64,000 bases of DNA. Origin: Ophelia neglecta. Lineage: Eukaryota. Position 1 is the stretch's first letter. Each line of letters opens with the position of its first letter. The position numbers and the translations under genes are program-made. The stretch is taken from NCBI GenBank assembly GCA_965285935.1, contig OZ260661.1, positions 87,668,001-87,732,000 on the forward strand, in the 5' to 3' direction. The notes beneath the pieces are model-generated. The model was given only the letters and a program-made list of their open reading frames with translations. It did not search any database and had not been told where the DNA came from. Positions 41,201 to 54,300 of this stretch are shown here, in pieces.

Positions 41201-44200
41201 GCCATATGCTTACTGCACATTTATATCAGTCTCCGTCTGCCTAGATACTGACCGGAAACAGTACCTATAGCTGGCGTACAGTGGGAGTGCTGGTAGACTT
41301 ACACATGCTTGCATGGAGACAGGTCGGGTTTCCCCCCTCTACCAGGCGGTCTTTTGGTAAGGGGGCGTACCCTATTCCTTCCCCCCACTACATAAAAACA
41401 ATAGGCCGCTCAAAGCGTTACCAAAATGCCACAAAATATGCAAGTGTGATCGTAAAATAATGACAGGGTGCGATGTAAATATGTGGGAAATCACGAAATG
41501 ATCGCAGGCATATTATCCCGAGATTATCATTTGATGATTCTGTGTCACAGAAAACAAAAAGGTTAACAGTGGCCAGATTGAACGGATCTGATAACAAGAT
41601 GTCCGAACTTGGCTCTCTATTGAGATTGCTACCAATGCTTCTGACAGCTTAAGGCTTGTTAGTAGATTTCAGTTTTCTCTAAACTAATAGGTATACACCT
41701 ATATAAGGAGAGTGTGCACAGCTTTAGTCTAAGCTACGATAGAAAAGTGAAAACTGAGATGCATGTGAATGCCGTAACAATTTTTGTTAAAATAAATGCA
41801 CTGGAGATAGATACCCGGGTCTATCAAACCTCACAGGATATATAAATTTCCTTTAAATACCATTGAGGCTGATAGGCCTATATGCTATTTTTCATTTCAC
41901 CGATTTCTGGCTTGTAAGCGTTAAAACTAAAATAACATTGACACATAAAAGCTATAGAAATGTTAAGAACTATATAGGCCCTATGCCTACTTGATGTTCC
42001 TGAGATATCCTTTGGAAGTGAATATATAAAATGTAATACAAGGGACGACATGAAATGACGCCCTGTACCAAATGCAACAATTGCTAAGAATACCAAAGTG
42101 TTTACTGAAACGCGTTTTAGGCTAGGCCTATAAAGTATTAACAATGGTTCGACATACCATTAACTATGAATGTCACATTAAGTATTCCAAGTTCTATGTT
42201 GAGTATATCAATCCATGTGCCCATGTCATATATTTTATGCATTAATATAATTATATATAGGCCTATATTGACCAAAAGCACCTGACATTGCGTGACAGAA
42301 GTATATTGTGATATTTCTGCCAGAAAATTGGCCAATATGGTTCACAGCATAATAACAGAAGTCGAGAGTATGTGCGAAACTAAGCAGAATATGTGGTGAT
42401 TACTAAATAGTTCAATTACTCTGATCACCCACACCTGGGAGCGAGCCTCGGTGGAATTAGGAAGTGGTGTTAAAATGACCGATTCCCAGGTGGCCTGCGG
42501 TGCTCCACGTTGTTCTTTTGCCGTCTTTGACACACCTGCGTAGCTCGCCAGTCATCATACTGCCTAATGAATTTGCCTCTTTGACGATGTGACAAGCAAT
42601 TTAGATATTTTTGTGCATTGTTGGCCACGTCAGGCGGTGTTAAAAGGCAAGATGAATGAGGCGAGGGGCAGGGGAGGGCAGTGGGCCTTTGTCAGACGCA
42701 CTCCTATCAAAGAAGGTCTCAATGAAGCTCCGCCACGCTAACATCTCACATCCTGCAGCGTAGGTCAAACCTTAAAGAAACGATGAGCCCCCAAGAGATT
42801 TATCTCCCATTTATTTCCATACTAAACAAATGTGCGATTCATGAATTTGCCAAGGAATATTTTGTGCCAATTTCATTTTGATAGCTACGGCCCGCCCCTC
42901 AGAAATGAGAAGTATTCTTTGTAATGTTTCTACCCCATTATTGGCTGAATATACACGTTAAATGCATGAGTTAAAGAAACAGGCCAAAAAAGATAGGGCA
43001 ATAATATGGCTATAACACATGATGGAATTTGAATGTCGGGACGTCTGGAAATGACATCATATTTATAATGGTGGTGCACTCGTGTTTGTAAGCAGGATGC
43101 AAACAACAATTAGATTATGCATTAAGAACAAAAATAAGGAAAGTTTAAAAGCCCATAAGAATAAAACCGATTTAAATTCACTAGCTTCGCCAGTCGCCTT
43201 CAGAGAAAAAATGACTGTTGAATCGGAATTGAGAAAATGGCGGGAGGACGTTTTATTACGATAATACCGTGCCACCATGTATACGATTTGAATGAAATCA
43301 TTGATTTATGCGCAGCTAAATTCGCTTTGCATGGCACTAATTCCTATTTATTCTCACCATTTAGAGTGATTCTATTGAAATTCGTCGTTTAGAGCACTAT
43401 TGGCCCTCCTCCTTGGAGGAAACAACGAATAGCTTAGGATAGGACGTTAAAGATTATAGCCATCCATCTCATTTGGCTGAGACCAAATCTTCTAGATTAG
43501 AATGGGGAAAAAGTGGGAGTACAACTCCCTGGATACCCTGCTTTCTCTGTTAATGAAATCTTAATGCACGCCGATCTCATTGGAGCGGCTTTTGGGTTCC
43601 AGTAATGGCGAAAAAGCAGCGCCTGAATTAAATCTACCGAATCATTGGAGAACGATTTAATTAAACTCCATGCAAGTCCATGCATAAAGTATGGTTGTCT
43701 TACTCAATAAAATTAATTTAGGGATCATTTGGCCGGGTATAAATCAAGAGAAAGCGACGATGCCGCTTTTCTTGAACACAAACCCCCGCTCCTTGAAGGC
43801 AGAATTAAAGTTTGATTAGAAATTTGTTTGACCTCCGGGAGTTAGTGGCGGGCATTGGTGGTCATTTGACTATTGTTAGAGAGCTATTTGAATGGAGAAA
43901 TGCATCCTTCTGATGACCTGATGTAATTTGGGCTGCCATTTCTCAGAAAGCCGCTCGCTCAACGAGGACCTTGACGCCTCCCACGAGGGAATGATTCCTT
44001 GATTAACGTCCTACAGTAAGCCAAGCAGCGCGGGAGAGCCGCTTGAAAATCTCCAAAATCAGCCGGCCACCATATCACTCGGTGTATCAAAACAAATCTT
44101 TACCACATTTGCACATTTTCTCTGCATTCATTTCAACTCGACACGTTTAGCATAATACACTAATGCTTCTTTGAAAGGCGATTAAGAGACATGACAAAAG

Positions 44201-44769
44201 TATCCGTCTGTCACCATACATTTAGTATAGAATCTCTTGCAGAGAGCGAGCAATCAAATCCGCCATGCTGGCATTTCCATGACAACCATTTGAGAAGTGT
44301 TGAAAATGTATGAGATTTAATTGGCTTTTATTGGTAATATGTATGGGGCACATTCAGGAGTGATTCATAATCATCAGGGTGACAGTTTTACAGCGAGGGG
44401 CGTGCGGCTTATAAACACCTCCATTTCACAGGCTGGTATAAAACTGTGGCCTCTGTCATGTCTCATTTTGTTATAGAAGTGGAAGCGACTTAAAGAATAA
44501 AGCATTACACCTAGGGCTATCTTTTTGTTTAAATGAAACATAAATGCACATAAGCCCTATGTATTATGTTAATTGTATTGTTTAGCTTTATTTCGTACTT
44601 GTCTACAAGGAAAGGAAGACAGCTTGGCGTGCTGTGTTCTGTGGTTTGGGGCCATTGTGAGCTTGAAAGGCGAATCGGCTAATCCTTGCTCCAACGGATA
44701 CCAACCGTAATATCGTTAAAAGTGTGGGTCTAGTTCTACCAAAATCCCATCTGGTTCTCACTCTCAAGT

Positions 44770-45000
44770 CCCGGCCCCGCCGTGGATCATAAAGTCGAAA
44801 GAAACCTCATCGGAACGCCGGCAGAACGTGGTTTGGAGGCTAAATCTAACTGCAACCAATCAGAACTCGTCTGACAAATTGTAGGCAAGACCCAAAGGGG
44901 AGGCGAGCCAATCAGATGGCTTGTTGAATCAACAGGTCAAGCCCCCGCGTTTCATCAAAACACAATCAATCTTTGTAAGCAACATGATTGATGAGGCTGC
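44770..45000 (+). promoter_or_regulatory. Putative Nkx6 proximal promoter (GC box and two CCAAT boxes)
   Basis: CCCCGCC at ~44775, AACCAATCAG (CCAAT 44856-44860), AGCCAATCAG (CCAAT 44908-44912) and TGATTGAT 44985-44992, all 370-590 bp upstream of the ATG. Confidence 0.55.
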
Positions 45001-45362
45001 TCGATCAATGGCCGACTGCTAAACAGTAGCGAGGAGATATCGAGGCGAGCTGAGACGAGCACAGGGCGCTCTGGCTTTGTCTAACTTTCTCTGAATCTAT
45101 GAGATCTTCTGACCGAGAGAAATCACTTGCAGTGAGTATTCAAGAACAGTTGCTCTTCCTTGGCCGCGTTGTCAGCTGTGAGACATTTTTGGAGTCGTGT
45201 TTGGGTCGGTTAAATCTTTAAAACCGACAGAGCAGAGTTCGGATATCGACGTGTTTAATGGGGGAGTGAGAGTTATAGGAGAATAGAGGTGTATCTTTAA
45301 TTACAATCTGGGCTTTTATCTAGACTCGTGGGTCTATCGTGTGTCACAGTGATCTGACCACC

Positions 45363-45870
45363 ATGTTGGAGTGTTGCGGGAGCCCAGTGACGGACAGTCC
45401 CACCTCCTCAGCCGGGTACCCTTCGGCCCCCGGCCAGTCGCCCCCCATGAGCACCCTTCTCTCCATGAACCTTCAAGAGAACGCCAGACACTCACAGAGT
45501 GCTTTCGTCCTCTCCAACCCCCCTCTAGCCGCCCTACACAATATGACTGAAATGAAAGTGCCTCCGGCTGCCATGTTGAGTCAACCGTCCGCCTATACCT
45601 ACAGCCAGTCGGGGATGAAAACCTTGGGGGCGAGCAGCTTCATTCCTAGCACCCCTCACAGCATACAGGACATTCTCAATCGCGCTAACTCTGTCAACAA
45701 CGGACTCGGGCTCTCCCAGTTTGGTGTGCCCAGGCTAAACGGTAACATGTACTTCAATTCGGCAGCGATGCGTTTTCCTAAACCGCTCACGGATTTACCA
45801 GGCCGGACCCTGTACTGGCCGGGAATGTTACAACAAACATGGAGACCTGCAAGTAACGGAACATTCTACC
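45363..45870 (+). CDS. Nkx6: NK6/Nkx6 homeobox gene, coding exon 1
   Basis: ACC ATG start. Encodes Nkx6-family motifs SAFVLSNPPLAALHNMTEMK, eh1-like TPHSIQDIL and KPLTDLPGRTLYWPG. Donor C|GTAAGT at 45870/45871, phase 1 (508 nt). Confidence 0.93.
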
Positions 45871-48800
45871 GTAAGTTGACCTTAGCTTATCAATCTCCTC
45901 TACCCTCGTCCCAGCCCTCCACTATACAGATTTCTCTTAGGTAACATACATAGAGCTTCCTCTATCACCCAGTGTCATAGCCCATGCAGCAAATGCCGCA
46001 TTCTTTAACAGTTTAGAAAGCAAGACTAATGTAAGGTTTGATGTTGTGGGGAATTTAGCGATACATTATTCTGGCATAATGCGATTAATCAAGGATGATA
46101 AAGTTGGCTTAACTGTCGAACATTAAATTCAGATTATAATGAACAATGTTCAAAAGTAAGCATCAAGTTTTTATAGTTTAATAATTTGATAATATTAATG
46201 AAAGTAAGGCTAAATGTGGTTTCTCCATGTTGTCTACTCGCTATATAACTATAATTATGGCTGCTCCCGACTATGTATATCTTTATTACTTTAAAATGAG
46301 TCATAATTAATCAATTAAATGTTTTATATCTGCTTTGAATATTGGTGGATGTATATGAGGTCATGACTCGATCAATAATGAAATCCTAACACTCTAATGG
46401 TAAAATGGGTTAAAATCGGTTTAAATCGGTTTAAATCGTCTTCAAGCTTCCATCACTTGAGGATATAGCAGGGCGGGGTGGTGGTGATGGTGGGTGGTGG
46501 TGGTGTGTGTGTGTGTGGGAGGGGGTGGGATCCTGATGACCAAATCTCCCCTTTATTTCCATATGTTCTTCCAGAGTGTCTCCTAGCCCCCACACTCTCT
46601 TCTAAAGGGAGAAGCTCATCCGCACCAGGCTAATTGAAAACAGGCACCCCTTTGGCAAACCGTGTTCCTAGCTAGATCCGCTTAGGATTCATTAACAAAA
46701 TATAACATTTAGGCCCATTGGTGTGACATTTCACCCGAAAGGCTTTTGAATCGATCATATATAATGGTCATAAAGGTCTACATTAATTGTTGCCTTGGAC
46801 ATTAACAGAATATTAATATTGACCGCATGTTTACAGCGGACAACACGTGTTCTGTGCTTCTCTACGGTGCAGGTGGTGGTCAAGGATTATAAAGAATTAT
46901 TAATCTGGTCACTCCTAGATTATCTCTGCAATCCCCATCACCCACATTACATCTTGTGTATAGATCTATTTACCTATCATAGGCCTTAACATATGTCTAT
47001 ATGGACGCATCTTTTATATTTTGCAGTTGTCCATTTTGATATCCTTTGCGGGCATTGTAGCTCATATGATGCCGAATAATGACTTTATTATGTCCAGAGG
47101 ATTGGACCCGTGCTTTTTATTACAAATATTCAAATATAAATATATACAAGACTATACATTAATTTTTTCTTTGCTATATTCCTATAAGTTAGTGATAAGC
47201 GGGATATAAAAATAAGTCTGGTGGGTTCCGGGAGTTGAGATTGAGGCGGCGTCTTTTGGCAGAAGCCCCGGGGCTTATCGCCCGCTCACACAATTGGTCA
47301 ACCCTGATATGAAAGCAATCACCACTTAAATCATTCAGGTCACATAAGTCGTATTTATTTGTTGAGGATATTATTAGTTAATATCAATTATATTTATCGC
47401 CGAAAGCATTGATGGGATTGTGAGTAGGTTTGATTACATATTTTCGTGATTGGTTACGGAGGCATGCTGACCATCTTTCCTCGGGCGGCCGACTTGACCA
47501 TGCCACCGCCAACACTGAAGTCATTATCTGGCCGCCATATTCACCGCTCATAGCCCCGCTAAACAGTAGCCTAATGTATGTATATCGAGAATTGTGCATT
47601 GTAAACGATGAGGATATTAAACTAATATATGATATAAAGTCGCAATTAAACATATCACCGTTTGCCGAGCCCTCGAGCAGACGACCAGAATTGATGTTAT
47701 CCTCGTAAAACTCTCGACCTCTTGCACCGAGTCAAATCGAACTCGGTCGCCTCATCGTGTGTGTTAGTGTACATAGTGCTGCAATATGTTATAAATGAGG
47801 CATATCAAATCGGAATAAAAATAATGAAGTGATAATTTAGGGCCTGATGGTTATCGTGGAGCGGTAGCGATCACCATTCACACCGGGAGACGGTCTGCAG
47901 GGGACATTTAGCTGGCCATATGAAATCACAAGAGAATTCCTAATTGCTGGGTGACGTCAAACATTGATTACTCGATGAAAGGTGTCACTGTCTCTAGTGT
48001 GATGAAACAATACTATAGCTTCTAGACACATATCCCCCCATTCAGCGAAAAACACTGTGCATCACTTAGGGATTTCAATGTTGAGGCAGGCGCAATTTAA
48101 TCGGAGAATAGCTTTTTGTTGTCGACTAGATTTCATTGCGATGGTTTCCACATGCAGGCCATTGGTAGCGGTTTTCAGAGGCAAGCCTCAATTTTCCACG
48201 GACCATTAGAACTCTGCCCTCAACACTGAAACTATTGAAACATGGTCGTTGACTGAATTCCTCACTGCGAGACATCTTGAAACGTTCGCCACTGGTCATA
48301 GGTGTCACAAAGGCCAAAGAATGCTGGCATATTCCCTCTCCGCTCCCTCGGGTATTTTTGAAAAGAGCTAATATATAGTAAAATAGCAATATACACAGAG
48401 GAACAGCGTGAAAATGAGAGGGGATATATACTCTCAAAGGTCATATAGGCTGGCCTGTTGCCGAGAGAGATGAGTTGACCAGGACCATACGACCACGGTA
48501 ATGCGTGACTCTATGCTATGGCCGTCCGGGGTCAGGGTGCTGTAACTATTCAACAAAATCGCTCTTTAGTCCAACCAGGAAAAACAAAGAGACGTTAGAT
48601 AAAATGTTTAAAAATTAATCAGCGCTTTTCAAACTCTTTTTCTATATATTCATTCTTAGCAAACCATGTTTGAATAGTCACAGAATCACGTTAACATAGT
48701 AAGAGTTTTCTTTATTTCGGGTGACATCTGCCGCAGACTTTGTGCATCAGGCACCAATCAGCCTGTGTCAGTACTCACCAGGCGGTTTCTCAAGGTTATT

Positions 48801-51128
48801 TTTGCTTCTTTTCTCTGATTTACCCAAAACGGTTTTAAAATATATCTGTCGGGCATTACAGTCATTGCAAAATGGCTGCCAACGGCTTAATAACTTGTGA
48901 AAAAAGCACCCTGGGTAATTTTTCATGACGGTTGGGTCTATTGTGTCAGCGTTTGACTTCCTTATCCCAGATTGCCCTGCATGGCAAATGTCAACCGGCA
49001 ATTGGAAAATGAAACTTTCATTCCGATGTTCAATTGATAGCTTTCCCTGTGCCAAACTACATCCCAGATTGGCACGATAAATGCCACCGTTTGAACCGAG
49101 CTGCTCCCAGGCCCCATAGTTGACGATTATACTCAACCCTGCCGTCGATTGGCACAGTGAATGCAGAGGCAATCAACATTTTTCTTATGAACTGCCGTTA
49201 AAGGTTAAATGAGCTCAACATATGATGTGAACACGATGATTCAGTATTTCTGCTTCGTATAGTGGTAACGTGCGCGTCTGGAAGTTACATTTAATGTGAA
49301 CATAAATGCTTATATGAAAACCACACCATTTTGTTTGACAAACTACAGACCATGCACTGAGATATATGATAATTAATTATTATTGTAAGATAGGCCCTTA
49401 AACTATAGATCTATGTGTAACACGAGGTTCAAATTCCGTCGCAATGTGGCCGTATTTCATGCAACATATATGGGAATATGATGGCTACGTCTAGCAGGTG
49501 TTCTTTCTTGTGGCTACATCCACGTGATCTACGAGACCTTTTACACTAACTTTTGGTCGGATCTGCCCTCATATTATGCATGCTTGACTCCTTGGTAATA
49601 TTTCACCAACGTGTGTGGAAATACATTGGCAGCTTTGAAACACTGAACAACGTTGGGGCCCTGTATCGTGATACATGTGGTCATGGGTTATATTGCATGG
49701 GGGTTTTCCGGGGTATCAGTCAACACAGTATAATGACTGACACTTCCAAGTTCACATTATTTTCTCGGCTCTCCTTATTCCTATCATAGATACAAGTAAC
49801 TGATATTATGTTTTTTTTCTGGCAATTATACTGAAGCTACATTTACAAAATGATTGATATATATAAATATATACGCCTCAATTGGGCCGGTGTACACCAT
49901 AGGCCACCATACGACCACATTTTTCAAACTGCTGTACAAATCATAGGCATAATACACAGTCCAACTAATGCGACCTCTTAAATTGTAAATAGACCCATTG
50001 TCTTTCCCGAGAATCCTTTATCTGACATATACAGTTACATCGATGGTACGTTTATCTTCAACAGATTATTGTTCAAACTATTATCCACGTTAAGAAGCTA
50101 AGATCGATCACACAAGTCTAATCCGTAGCAAACGACAGTTTAATCTCCCAGTGGCTTTTTATTGATAAAGTTTGATACAGCACACCTGATTTTTTCGACG
50201 ACCCTTTCACCTTTCAAAGATTAATTGCCGGTCATCAAAGAAACCAAGAGGAAATTCCGGCCCCGCCACTCATTGAGAAGATGAGAGTAAACATTTTGAC
50301 CACCGAGACCAAGGAGCACCTTTCTCTGATCAAGTTTTCCAAGCTGTTGTATCTTAACCAATTTGACCTTTGACGACAAAAGGTCACTGGGAAGGTTGAG
50401 AGTGTATTGTTCCGCTTAAACAGGGCTGTCATTATGGCGGGGGATCATTTGATATTTCTCTAGATATAGATAATGGATAATACAGGGCTTTCTCTTTTTT
50501 TTGCCATTCATTATACAAGTCTTACCCTTTGCTATACAATTAAATTATGCAAAACATTATTTGAAAAGTCTCAAGTCCTTAATCACGCGTGTGGAAAAAA
50601 GTGACAGTTGGCAGTTTTCGAGTTTCTTTTCAAATACTGTGCTATCCACGCTTTATTATTTTGATGACGATGCTACCGATCCTATCTCCTACTGATATCA
50701 GGGCTATGATATCGAGTCATCTCCAGGGAGTTTAAGCCTTATCGTCCATCAGCGGGGATCGTGCCCTTAAATGAGAGCTAGGGATAAAAATGATTTGTCT
50801 GATTCTAAATCACACGGTCTATAGGCTGCTCAACAATCATATTGATAAAATTAATGAAAACAACCAACTGACCCTGCGAAAATAGTTAAGCTTATTGCAT
50901 TTATTTATTATAGAGGACTGTATTGAGGCCCTGTTGACGCGAAGGGGAGTCGCTCACATCGATCGAGAAGTTCCGAGAAAATTGTTTTTTGGCTTTGTGA
51001 TATATTCAGTAGTACATCGGATTGCATCAGTAGTTCACATAGACTAATATTATACAGTTTGATATCTTATGTATGCTTTTGGAATTTATCCTTATAGTCA
51101 TTTAAATGACCCCTCTTCTTTATTTCAG

Positions 51129-51304
51129 CTCAACAATCAACTGTGACAGTAGACAAAGATGGCAAAAAGAAGCACACCAGACCTACCTTTTCTGGACACC
51201 AGATATTTGCCCTGGAAAAGACATTCGAACAGACTAAATATTTAGCGGGTCCCGAAAGGGCACGACTGGCATACGCCCTGGGCATGTCCGAGAGCCAAGT
51301 AAAG
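51129..51304 (+). CDS. Nkx6: NK6/Nkx6 coding exon 2 (homeodomain residues 1-46)
   Basis: Acceptor CTTCTTTATTTCAG; in frame with exon 1 (C+CT = Pro). Encodes [51 protein letters not shown]. Donor AAG|GTAGGT, phase 0. Confidence 0.97.
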
Positions 51305-54300
51305 GTAGGTTACGGCCTCAGTCTGCCTTCTATATAGCTTCTCACAATTATTACTACGCATAATTGTATATGTACATTGCCCAAGCCCTAGATAAATTTA
51401 TAATCGAAAATGTTTGAGCCCAGTACATAAGCTATATGCCTAAATGCCCAGTAAACTGTAGCATCAAGAATTTTGTACTGTATTGTATTGTTTTTCTTCA
51501 TTAGAGTGACCTGTCTTAGGTACAATGTAACAAGAGGCAGCATGATATAACAGTAGACCCAGCCCTCTGGGCTTATTAGTCCCTATTCACACCCTACATG
51601 TAAATACATCGAGGCAGAAGGCAGAATACATTAGTCTTATCTTGATCAAAGAACTGTTAAGTCTCCCCCTGAAACGTGACTAAAGAAAAAAGGTGGGGGG
51701 CTTCACCAAGAAAACTCTGATAAAATAATGTGGAGAGAAGGTAATTAAAACAAATTGGGTTATGTGACACAACAAGGAGATGGGCCTAGAACACAGGAGG
51801 CCAGTCTGTTAGAACCCATCACTCTTCTCCCCAGGAATGTTTGCTGGAACAAGGGGCCATTAGTAGGGAAAACTAGTAATGGATAGATATGTTATTTTAC
51901 AGCCTTGATCAGAGAGGGCCAGGCTGATTAGCTATCACTTGTTACCCAGTGAAATTTAACCCCTTTTATTAGTATACAGCTAATTAGTTTTCAGACCATT
52001 ATGTGCAAATTCTCGAAAGGAGTAAGCCTTATGTTAAAATTTGCGGTCTCTACTTGACAATTTGAAAAAAAAAGAATTTCCATCTTACACCAAGGGATCC
52101 AAACCCATCCAAGAGAGAACGAATCTGGGTGTACAATAATTCACGCAATTCGGAGTAGGCAGAACAAATACATAAAAGGTTTAACTTTCAATTAAAATTT
52201 ATTCAACATATATCTTAATATCATTGAATGCAAGTCTACCTCTTGTTTTTTATTATTGTCTGTTTTATGGAATCGATATTTTTATCATGCGGCACGAATT
52301 GGAAATTTTAAATGGGAAAGATTTCGTCAGTAATTGACTGTGGTATTTTTTACTCTATTGGGATGGGCTGGGGATGGGTGGGGGGACTTATCCCTTGCAT
52401 TTCCTTTTTTTACGTACGAGAACATGAGCCCGCGGACTGTCTAGATATTTCCCGCCCTCCAGTCTATTAATGTTTCCTTGCTACAAAGAAACACCTGTCA
52501 GTGATTTGTACATATTTTCACATGTCCAAGGGAACATTAAGAAGTTATTTTTGAATTTTGATATTTAAATCAATAATATACATTAATAATTACCTGTCAG
52601 ATTTCTCATTTTAAACACTAATAATGACACTTACATAAAGCTCAGCCACTAAACTGCAATATTTATATAAAAAATGTCATTTTCGACCCCAGAGTGGTTA
52701 TAATGTGCCTGACATTCATGTGTCAATGGCAGCAGGCTGGCATTGCGCTGCCTCCCAGTGTGGAGATTGTCGAGCCTATCGCCATGTTGACCAGTTATTG
52801 TGGCGTGTTCGCTGAAAATAGCGGAATGGGACCGAATGTTATTATTTTCACAGGGAAGCGAAACAGATAGGCCTTGTAGCTAATTGTTGTATTATCGTTT
52901 GCGGCAGTCCGGCTAATTGTTGAATAAGCTATACACCCCCGATATTACTCGACTGACGGAATGCCGGGAATATTTTGTAGGCACCGGAATCTAGTACTTG
53001 AGGCAAACCATCCTCCCTGTGTAGTGCCGGGCCGATGTTGATCCCTTGATTAGTCAATTAAGCTGGTGGGGGGGGGGGGGGGGGCTTAAATAAATAACGG
53101 GTTCCTACCCCTAGATGTGGGTCACCACAATTTGTTGACCGGGGATTGCTAAAACCATGCATGCTTAGATCTATTTTATATTATATGATTATAGCTGAGA
53201 ACGGAGCAAAATTATCTTTTAGGGGCAAATTGGAAATTTTTTAGGTTACAAAGAATAAATTTAAGGCTGCGTGTGACATGAGAGGTTTTAAGCCTTAACA
53301 CCTTCACCCATCACATTTAACTTATTAACTTTTTCAATCAAGGGCAGAAAAATAAATGTATTAATTAACTAAAGGTACTGCCTACGAGAGAATTGTCCTG
53401 GTTCTCATTTTCCTGTGGGATAGATTCGTATTCTTCCCAAAAATGAAATATGTTTCATATTTTCCCTGAATGAGTCATTTTTAGCCTTCAATCTAACGTT
53501 GATGCACTTGATTTATGTTTGTGTGTTACAATCATATTGTCAGAGAAACACATTGTGTGACACATTCTAACTCAAACTATGTAAAGGTCCTATTTTACAT
53601 GCAGATTTGATCGATTAAAATTTAGAATAAAAGAATAATTAATTGATACGCGGAAAAATCATACGAGACGGGGAAGTGGGAACTAAAATTCCCACAAAAA
53701 CAAAAGCCTGCTTAGTTATAATGATAGTCATTCGACATTTATAATTGTCAGACGACTTTTGGATGTGACTGTGTGACTGTGTCTGTAAGCAAGACGGCAC
53801 AAGCATACGCAGGCTCGGCACAAGCTGGCCACCTGACATGGACGCCGCAGGCACCAGCTTACGCGTCGCTTCTCCTCCCTAACCCCAGATATTTAATGGA
53901 TTTGTTATGATCCTCCCTCATGATCCCACAGTCAAGCGTTTTTAAAGGCATGTGTGTTTATTACTTGCCCTAGCCGGATACGCCATGGGATGTGTTCCAG
54001 TTTGAGTCAGTCGCCAGATTACTTTCAAAAACTTGTTAATAACAGGCCTAGTGAATATTGGCAGCAGCTCCAAGAATATCTTTACCACAATCAGAAAAAC
54101 TACATGAAAGCTAGTGTATTTTATTATTGGGCTTCTTTGGAATACTAATTTCGCTCAAACACTTCATCAAAATTCATAAACACCTTTGTATCATAATGAA
54201 TTTGAAATGAACCCACATCTACTTCACAATTTATCAATATAAGCAAATAGCATTCATTTCCTTACCTTGCCCATAAGGACTTTTAAGTTTGAAATATGGT

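Noticed and set aside
45339-45944. ORF-track boundaries for Nkx6 exon 1 (and 4595-4822, 51143-51337 for the other exons)
   Set aside because: These ORFs use GTG/TTG starts and run into introns; splice-site-based boundaries give consistent reading phases.
8079-46880. GACCACCAC/GACCACCAA as Gli sites (Hedgehog control as in vertebrate Nkx6)
   Set aside because: No perfect GACCACCCA was seen; the few one-mismatch hits are compatible with chance.
48768-49172. 134-aa antisense ORF in Nkx6 intron 1 ending at a GTGAGT donor-like site
   Set aside because: Non-ATG start, no recognisable homology and no partner exon identified.
351-53085. Multiple poly-G/poly-C runs of 12-20 nt as functional G-quadruplexes
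   Set aside because: Scattered homopolymers of variable length (they differ even between the duplicated copies) with no positional pattern.
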